Shown here piece after piece: positions 55,301 through 64,000 of a stretch of DNA of 64,000 nucleotides. The DNA lies in assembly GCA_012295275.1 (NCBI GenBank), contig CM022671.1, positions 17,422,001-17,486,000 of the forward strand. Direction: 5' to 3'. A program made the translations under genes and the position numbers. The notes under the pieces are model-generated. The model did no database searches. It was not told the DNA's origin and worked only from the letters and a program-made list of their open reading frames with translations. The DNA comes from Chrysomallon squamiferum (lineage: Eukaryota; Animalia; Mollusca). Each line of letters starts with the position of its first letter. The stretch's first letter is position 1.

Positions 55301-57176
55301 TGTCGATCGTTATCACTGTTTAGGGATATGAACTATCGATTGTTTTCTGGAGATATTTCTTAGAAAATATGTTTTGTATCATAAAATATTTGTAAAGTTC
55401 AAAATGAGTGTTTTAGTTCTTCTCGTTTTAATAATTAAATTCAGTTAATTCCGTACTGCTTCTAAGTCGAAGTATGTTTTGTGTTGGCATTTCTTTCTTT
55501 CGTTCCTTATTAATTAAATTTCCTTGGTATTTTTTTTATTTTTTTATTTTATTATTATTTTTTTTTATTTTGCTTTTTATTTATTTATTTATGAATTTAT
55601 TTATAATGGAAATGCATTTATTTATTATTATTAATTTTTGTTCTTGAATGTTATTTCCACCACGATACTGACGCACCAGTTCACGTTGTGAAAACATGGA
55701 CACTCCCTTATGTTATATAACCGTCGTAATTGACTATTTATGCTTCATGGATGAAACATTGAGATATATGAAAATAATTCCTAATATATTCAAATTTAAT
55801 GATTTAATCATTACATTATGAAGTCAAACAGAAACTTATCGAATTTCCACTCAATTCCCCTTGACATTACAAGTTATTTTCGTAATACAAAATCACCAGG
55901 TTCACTTGTACTCGCTTGATATTAAACTGCCCAATACCGTTACCTTTTATTTCCAGTTCCGAACACTGCTCCAGAACCAGTATGCTTAAAATATTCCTTC
56001 ATCTTTTCTAATCGCTTTTTCTAAATTAATAATTAAATTATTTTTATTTTTATTTTATTTTGAACTTCTTTTTTCCTTTTTCTTTCATTCTTTCTTTTTC
56101 GTGCTTATTTTTTTTTACTTTAGTTTATTTTTATTATTATTATTTATGTTGTTTTTTGGGGGGTTTTAATTTGCGACGGTAAAGATATGTTATTTAACTT
56201 TTTTTCTTCCCAGATAATCGTTGCAGAAGAAATAAGTATTTTGTGATTAATAATAATTAACTTAGTATTGGGGTTCATTGTCCTTAGACAGAATCAATCA
56301 TCTTACACAAATGATGGACGACACTGACGATATCATAACATCTTATTTAATAGTATTTAAATTTAAACTTTATAGAAATAAATAAGAATATATTTCTGCA
56401 GATAAATAAATATAAGCACACACACTCATTGTACATATGAATGAATGTACGTATGTATGTATGTATGTATGTATGTATGTATGTATGTATGTATGTATGT
56501 ATGTATGTATGTATTTATGTATGTATGTATGTGTGTGTGTGTATGTATGTGTGTTTGGTTGTTTGTATTTTTATATGTATCAGCTTTTTATCGTCTACCC
56601 ATCTCTTGTAGAAAAAAAATCCTGATTTCCCTGTTAGTAAAGATATTAAACAATGGACAAACTTAACTCTACTTGAACATTCCTTTGAACCTGCAATAAC
56701 AGATTTAAGAATTAAAGTACTGCAAACTACTCGTGTGTGCTTTCAGTCCTAAACGAACAAATGATGATGATGATGATGATGAAGATGATATGCTAATAAT
56801 AATAATATACTAGAACTGAATATGGATACATAGACAATACTTGTGTGATATACTGAATAAATATTAAAACTTCACGCTGGAAATGTCATATCGTGTTTTA
56901 GAAACACCTTTTCTCTTTTCAACCCTCGCAGTCACCAATAAAATCTCAGCAAAATTAACAGATCTGAAAGACGCTTTACTGTAATTTAGTAAGCAAGGAA
57001 AAAATTGAAAGAAAGAAGAAATAAAAGAGAGAAAAGTTAAGAATCAACTTTCATTTATATTTTCTTATTATTATCAACAACAACATCATCATCATCATCA
57101 TCGTCGTCATTATTATTATTATTATTATCATCATCATCATCATCATCATTATTATTATTATTATTATTATTATTAA

Positions 57177-57239
<63 letters not shown>

Positions 57240-58176
57240 GCTTTCTTGAAACGACTAATTCTCTTTGCACCAGTGTTTCAAATTAATTTCTCTTTTTATT
57301 TCGTGCGTAGTTTGAAAAATGTCTTAGGACAATTTAAATATTTCTACTCGAACATTGTGAAAAAGGCAATGAAAAAATAACCATCTTTATTCCTATCACC
57401 ATCATGTGACAGTCACCCCTCCAACATCACCACCATCACCAGGATCATCATCATCGTCACCGTCACTATCATCATACAACACCACAGCATCACCATCACA
57501 CGACAGTCACACAGATCAACACCATATACGACCATCCTCATCATCATTATCGTCATCGTCACAATCATGACCATCATCATCATCATCATCATCATCATCA
57601 CCATAACCATCATCTACTATTACTAAGACACTACTATAGCTACTCTTTCTACTACTACTGTTATTTATAATCACTATTTATAAGCATTATTATCATCATA
57701 ATTACCATAATATAAATGCTTTATTTATTTATTTATTTATTTATTATCCACATCAATATCAACATCATCACTATGACAATAGTTTGTTTTAAACCAACAC
57801 CAGTCGAACTTAACAACAAATGTAATTAATGTAATCAACCAATCATTGCTTTTCTTTAGTTTTTGTATTTTTCATGTGTTTTTTTTTTTTTTTTATTAAA
57901 TAAAAATTCCTTTTTGACTATAACTTTAATTAGTTTTGTATCAATGAAAGTTATCTGACTTTTTTTTTAGTTTATTGACTTAGTCCTAATAACACTTTTA
58001 TAACAATAATTTTTTTTTTTTTTTTTTTTGTGAGCTGAATAGCTATTACGAAACTGCTGACGCTAATTCCTCATTCATTAGAGAAACGAAATCGCTGCAC
58101 AGTTACTGTGGCTTCTCACGTTTTATACACATAAAAAAATTAAACATAATTATAAACATGTAAGCATACTTACCAT
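31343..58176 (-). CDS. Soluble guanylate cyclase beta subunit, beta-2/atypical-like (H-NOX, PAS/HNOBA, coiled coil, cyclase, CAAX), 639 aa
   Basis: Minus-strand exons: ATG 58176-58174 (probable), 43713-43640, 42896-42796, 41440-41257, 40299-40223, 39029-38574, 37068-36894, 36375-36230, 35688-35540, 33583-33437, 32332-32178, 31595-31343. Total 1920 nt in frame. Motifs: (M)YGQIH, NLDSLH with His at exactly residue 105, [51 protein letters not shown], and the end KSKSCNII*. Exons 2-12 are near certain. The ATG exon is less certain. Confidence 0.93.
32896..33390. repeat. Long (TAAA)n/(TGAA)n degenerate microsatellite in a cyclase intron
   Basis: About 500 bp of AAAT-type repeats, which produce the spurious YLFIYLF ORFs. 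Confidence 0.9.
39840..40202. repeat. Compound (CT)n/(TCTA)n/(TATG)n microsatellite
   Basis: Seen directly. It is representative of dozens of simple-repeat tracts in the window, e.g. 19101-19182, 28821-28896, 50190-50530, 57070-57240 and 61748-61839. Confidence 0.9.
53219..54453 (+). mobile_element. Decayed Tc1/Tc3-family transposon (transposase pseudogene) in cyclase intron 1; ends approximate
   Basis: From the ATG at 53487: [33 protein letters not shown] (HTH). Then [37 protein letters not shown] (cf. VLFTDESRF), [12 protein letters not shown] (cf. FGGGSVMVWGGI), and [14 protein letters not shown]...GHT. It has stops and frameshifts, and part of the DDE core appears deleted. Confidence 0.88.
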
Positions 58177-58438
58177 TTAAGCCAGTATTTTATAAAGGCG
58201 CTGATACTAAAGTGGATTTATCAAAAGAAAATAGCTTTGCATTACAGCCACTTTTGATCAAAACGTGAAACACCCAGAATTTCGCTTTTCTTCCATTCCA
58301 CACCCGTGATGTCGCATGCCTCAGAAGAAACCGCTGTAACGTATTAACGGACCGGTGAGTAGAAGAATAATTAACACATTTTGATCGTGAATTTGAATCG
58401 AATAAAGCCACCAGGAGCTCATCTTCTGCACCTGCTGT
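58174..58438 (-). other. Probable start-codon exon (5' UTR plus ATG) of the guanylate cyclase gene
   Basis: The minus strand reads TAA ATG|GTAAGT: an in-frame stop, then ATG, then a perfect donor. A candidate acceptor TTCTGCTTACAG lies at 58439-58450. Exon 2 begins in phase 0 with YG, so an ATG-only coding exon is required, as in sGC beta genes. Confidence 0.65.
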
Positions 58439-59973
58439 CTGTAAGCAGAACATCGACCAATTACGATTTATATTGGTGAGAAATCATTATTCTTCAGTTC
58501 GCCAAGAATATAGATTAGTGACAGCAGGGAGAGGGAGGGATCGCGAGGCCTGCTGTAGACATCAGACGAATTCGCCAGAGCAAACAAACAAGCAAGGGAA
58601 AGACAATGTTTGTCTTTGGCGAAGGCAAAACAACAGTTTGTTTGTTTTAATGGTAACAAGACAGAAATGATAAAGAAACGAAGTAGAAGATGACAGTGAC
58701 AGAGAAAATGAAGACATTGATTGGGAAACAGATCAGTATGGATGTATTGATTGACATACAGACATAGCTGAATACTGATAGAAAGATAACTAGATAGATA
58801 GATAGATAGAGAGACAGATAGATAGATAGAAGAAAACAAAGAAAAATAGAAAGTGTAAGAATGAAAGAAAAAGAAAGAAAGAAAGAAAGAAAGATATACA
58901 GAGACAGAGAGAGAAAGCGAGAGAGAGGTAATTTACATGAATGTTTGTGTATGTTTGTGTGTGTGTGTATGTGTGTCTATTTATATGTGTGTCTGTGTGT
59001 ATGTGTGTCTGGGGGTATGTGTGTGTAAGGGAAAGAGCGTAGACACATTTCTAATTTAATTTATATTAACTTTTTATGCTTGAAATAAAAGTTAAAATTA
59101 AATTAAAAGCTTCTTAGAGCTTCAGATCTTCTTATCTTCTGCTTCCCATAGCGTCACAACGTAACCTTATTGCGTAACAGGTCTTCGTAAAGCTTCATTA
59201 CGCAGTCATTAAGTGTCTGGCTGCAAAAAAAACTCCGTTGGTCTTAGACAACTGATCGACTTTCTTTTATTAAGACAGAGTTTTTATATATGATTTCTGT
59301 GGTAACAGTAGATGGCTACGATTGTCCAAAGATACACGACAGTTTGACTGCAGATGTTAATTTAAATAAGCAGTAGGTATCATGATTTGATATTGACTCT
59401 AACGTAACTTTTATTATTTTTTTTTATAACAAACAGCATTTTGCAAAATACCAGTCCATGAATGCAGTCAAACTAACAAAGAAAAAAAAAAAAAAATGAT
59501 GACCTACAGAAAGCATTGAGTATGTTATGTAAGAAAGGTTTTATATCTTTACCAACAAACCTGATCAATATTAGATTGGTTAATGCGATGAATAAAATAA
59601 CTGTATTTCAATATTAAAAAAAAGAGGCGAAATTGAAATGCTTGCAGTGAAGTGCCTTTAAAGCCATGTTAATGACGAATCGATGACCGAATAGAAATTC
59701 TGGGAGCATGTAACAATAAGATAACAGCGAGAGGTCTTTCATCAGTGCAGTGTATTGACTGCGGCGTGTAGATTACCAAATCATAAAACGTAACTGGTAA
59801 GCTGAACTAAGACACAAACACATAAAAATAAAATAAAATGAAATAAAACAAAATGAAATAAAATAAACAAACAAATAAACCAGTTAAATATATACATACA
59901 TGCATGTTTAGATAAATAAACAAAAAAGTAAATAAAATACTACTACTACTACTACTACTAATACTACTACTAC

Positions 59974-60004
<31 letters not shown>

Positions 60005-60709
60005 GATGATGCCTTCGATCAAACAAACTCAATATGGAATGAAAAAACAATCAATACATAAATAAAAAAATAAAAAATATAACAAATCGAAAGAAAAACA
60101 CTCAATAACCGACCAGAAACAATCAGTAACCTATCCCCGAAAGACTCATACGAAAAGGAAATAAATAAAAACATGCATAAAAACGAACAAAAAAGAATAA
60201 AAGGTAATTCCTGCACAGACACACGTACTAAACCAATACAGTAACAGAAACATGATCGGATTCCTACATTATTTTTCACTGACGAAGGAAGACAATTTAC
60301 CAATCATGATCGGTTTGTCCCACAACCAGACTCATATAAAACTTTAAACCTTCAGTTTGAGATTGTTAAAAAACAACAACAACAACAACGTCGAATTGAT
60401 GGGTCTGAACTGCAGCAGCAAGGAAAGAACTGACGTTAGTCACGCTGTACACCCATTTAAACGAGTAACCCGATCCACAATCAAACGTAAACGATGGAAG
60501 CCATTAACCATCAAAGTTAAGTTATAGTGGACACAGATTAATGTATCTTCTCACCGAAACGCTGACGTATCACCACGGTCGTCATGCTTGCTTTCGAGCA
60601 CGTAGTTCTGTTGTTTTATTAAGGCTATTAAAACAAGAAAAAGTAACAATAAAACTACAGATTGGTGTTTGTACTGAGAACTGTATTAAAGTGTTTCAGC
60701 AGTTATAAA

Positions 60710-61560
60710 AAGAAACTATTATATGTTTAATTAAAAACAACAAACAGATGGTTAAATTGTTAAAACAGGTCTCGACCAGTCAATGAATAATTATGTATTT
60801 AATGAGGCCAGTTAAAAACAACACATTTTAACACATAACTCTAAACGCTACGTAAATAATTATATTCTGATGAGATCAGTTGAAAACTACAAATTATTAA
60901 CGCTATACACTACAAGTTATATAAATAATTATGTATTCAACGAGGACAGTAAACGATTTGACAACAAAGTACTCTCGTATGTAAATAAGTATATATTTAA
61001 TGAGAGATTTAAAAACAATAAATTGTTAACAGATAATTCTACATATTGAAGAGGCTACTCAAAAACAACAAGAAATTAATTTTGTGGAAGATGAATATCA
61101 TTTTATTTTAAAATTATCCATGTATATGGATTTACGACTGTTCTATAGTTAAAAATGTTACTGGTACAAACCATCTGTTTGTAAATCTTTGCAGCTGTTG
61201 AAAGTGGCTAATTTCATAAAATTTTAAATATTCGCTCTGTTTTGTATATAATTTTCCATCCTCCATTTTTTTTTTACCACTTGTTTCTGTTTCTTTATTT
61301 TTATTTTTTTCATATGAAGTGTAAGCCAGTGAGCCGAAACGCTTGAAGCTAATAAGCTGTACCATACAATACGAAATACTCTGTTATATAAATAAGTATA
61401 TATTTCATGAGGCCATTTAAAAAAAAAAATAAACGAATAAAAAATAAAAAATTTGACAAATAACTCTAGAAAATATATATTTAAAGAGGCCAGTTAAAAA
61501 CAACAAATTGTTAAGACATGACACTATAAGTAACAAAAATAAAATAAAATATGTTAACAG
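60710..61560. repeat. Highly degenerate tandem repeat with a unit of about 65 bp
   Basis: The consensus AAATAATTATGTATTTAATGAGGCCAGTTAAAAACAACAAATTGTTAA recurs at about 60790, 60855, 60922, 60982, 61045, 61390 and 61475. Confidence 0.6.
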
Positions 61561-61745
61561 TACTCTATCAAATATATATATATAATAAAATATTTATCAT
61601 TTTTTACCTAGAGATTTTCTTGTGTGAAAGATGTATCAGTTCAGAACAGTCTCTTATCTGTTTTTAATTTTTGGGAAAATGTGTCTTTTAGACGATTTTA
61701 ACTTGTTTTTCTTGTTATAAATGTCATTAACTTAGAAAGGTAAGT

Positions 61746-61842
<97 letters not shown>

Positions 61843-62916
61843 ATTGCCAAAAGTCGTTTCTTAGAAAATGGGCTGATAAACGCAATACTATTACTAATAC
61901 TACTACTGCTGCTACTACTGATACTGCCATCACTACTACTATTACAAATAACAATTGTAGCAGTAGTATCAGTAACAGTAGTAGTAAGAACAACAATAAC
62001 AAAAAAGTAAACAATTTTAAAATAAAATAAAAAAATTACAAAACTTAAAACAAAAAAAGAAAGATGGATGAACACTTTTCGAAGACATGAAGTTAGACAC
62101 GTATTGCATGATTTACTTTCAACGTGAATTCTCTTCCGGTTACACGCGTTTCCGACAGAGTGAAAGTCAAGATTAGTTTGCTGTCATTTCTTACAATCTT
62201 TTTTACAAGAACTGAGTGAAAAAAACACAAAAAAAATCATTTATGTCTGACTATTATTTATAGGGCATAATTACAGCATGAGCTGTATTAAGAAAAGCAC
62301 ATAAAACTACGCATTAATTTTGATAACCTATATGATTTTTCATTCTTCCAGCGATTGTTTTGTTTTATGTCTGGAATACAACAGGAATACAATTTAATAC
62401 TAAATATTAACTTCAAAAGAGATATCAGGAATGTATTTCAAACTGTAAATGATTTCATAAACGCAAATTCTAAGGTAAAAGTTATCTTCATTAACTACAT
62501 AATTAATTATATAACTGACTCAGCATTTGATGTTTTACTACTGAATGCATTGTCAATGACAGTGATTTTATTCTCATAAACTGTAGGTATTAGAGATATA
62601 TAATAATAATCATAAAACAAAAAATTAAAATCTACATGCGTGCAAATTTAAAACCAGTCTTTATTAACCAATTTATTGATCGATATCATTTTTTTATTCT
62701 TTCCTTGTTTAATATTTTTCTACAGAAACTAGTTAAACTCCACGATTAAACAAACTATGATCCTGTTGTTATAATATTTCCATAACATTATACAGTGAAT
62801 GCAGTGTGTTCTAGCAATAAAATTCCATTTATCTTTTTTGTTTTTGTATTATATATGTATATATGTATGTATGTATTTATGTACGTTTATATATTTATAT
62901 GTATGCACTGTTGTAT

Positions 62917-63090
62917 GTGTGTGTGTGTGTTTATTTATGTATTATTATGTGTGTACGTATGTATGTATGTTTGTTTTTGTAATAATTTACTTCTAAAAGA
63001 ATAAGATGAAGATCAGATTTTTGAAATTACTACTTACAGTTTACTTTCGTTTGTCCAATAAAATTTCAAGTTTAAATAGTGTTTAGTTTC

Positions 63091-63135
<45 letters not shown>

Positions 63136-63290
63136 TTATGTATTATTATGTTTGTACGTATGTATGTATGTATGTTTGTTTTTGTAATAATTTACTTCTA
63201 AAAGAATAAGATGAAGATCAGATTTTTGAAATTACTATACTTACAGTTTACTTTCGTTTGTCCAATAAAATTTCAAGAAATTTAAATAGT
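62917..63290. repeat. Recent tandem duplication of about 190 bp anchored on (TG)n
   Basis: TATTTATGTATTATTATG...AAAAGAATAAGATGAAGATCAGATTTTTGAAATTACT...GTCCAATAAAATTTCAAG is near-identical at about 62931-63080 and 63133-63290. Confidence 0.9.
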
Positions 63291-63544
63291 ATAATGTTTA
63301 GGAACATTTCACTGACTTAATAACACCACTGTCACGTTTATATATTTGAGTAATAAACATTAGTATATTTCCAAAGGTCTACAGTATTATTACGTCATAT
63401 TCATACACATTTAAAAATGGATCAGTAATAATGTTAAGTATATATACATACAAAGACGTAAATTTGTACTGCAGGTCACAAAGTAAAATAAACTGAACTC
63501 GTGTTTAAATGCTTTATTTTATATTCCAGACAGTTAACACCTAA

Positions 63545-64000
63545 AGTTTTGAGTAATCATCTTTCCTTACATAACATTTTGAGTAAACGTATTTCCTTCC
63601 ATAACATTTTGAGTAAACATATTTCCTTACACATTTTGAGTACATGTATTTTCTTACACATTTTGTGTAAACGTTTTCCCGTAAACAACATTTTGAAAAA
63701 ACGTATTTTCTTAAATAACATTTCTGAGAAAACGTATTTCCTTATAAAGCATTTTGTGTAAACGTATTTCCTCACATGACAGTTTGAGTAAACGTATTTC
63801 CATAGACATTTTCAGTAAACGTATTTTTTTTATATATTCCGCGTAAACGTATTTCCTTAAACCACATTTTGAGTAAGCATATCTCCCTAAATAACATTTT
63901 GAGTAAACGTATTTCCTTAAATAACATTTTGAGTAAACGTATTTCCTTAAATAACATTTTGAGAAAACGTATTACTTTACAAAACATTTTCAGTAAACGT
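63545..64000. repeat. Minisatellite with a unit of about 30 bp, about 15 copies, running off the window end
   Basis: Unit ATAACATTTTGAGTAAACGTATTTCCTTAA with 28-30-bp variants. Confidence 0.93.

Noticed and set aside
62103-62120. ATTGCATGATTTACTTT, identical to part of the CAAX-tail repeat near 31025
   Set aside because: The match is short and AT-rich with no flanking similarity, so it is plausible by chance.
63501-63987. Repetitive ORFs (e.g. KEIRLLKMLF repeats) as a repeat protein
   Set aside because: They are a by-product of the 30-bp minisatellite, with frames broken by 28-bp units and no splice context.

Overview
AT-rich, microsatellite-dense eukaryotic DNA with spliceosomal introns. 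It is most likely molluscan (gastropod), an inference from the protein motifs and repeats. I reconstructed four multi-exon genes by hand, checking GT-AG sites and phase continuity. (1) NEK4 kinase, + strand, 16 exons, 435-11158, 752 aa. (2) A secreted protein with three chitin-binding (CBM14/peritrophin-A) domains, + strand, 21203-22858, with a frameshift in a CT repeat in domain 1. (3) A cytosolic PAPS sulfotransferase, - strand, 25179-27588, 299 aa. (4) A soluble guanylate cyclase beta subunit of the beta-2/atypical type, - strand, 31343-58176, 639 aa. It has an H-NOX domain with His105, a complete single-chain catalytic set and a C-terminal CAAX box, and its ATG-only first exon probably lies about 14.5 kb upstream. 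The rest is Tc1/mariner remnants, MITEs, tandem repeats and simple repeats, and most ORF-track entries are microsatellite artefacts. There is no CRISPR array and no RNA gene I can support. The most notable points are the cyclase's features, the tandem decayed copies of its CAAX tail, its uORF-laden leader, the frameshifted chitin-binding gene and a sharp CpG boundary near 12.8 kb. None of these is shown to be a new system.
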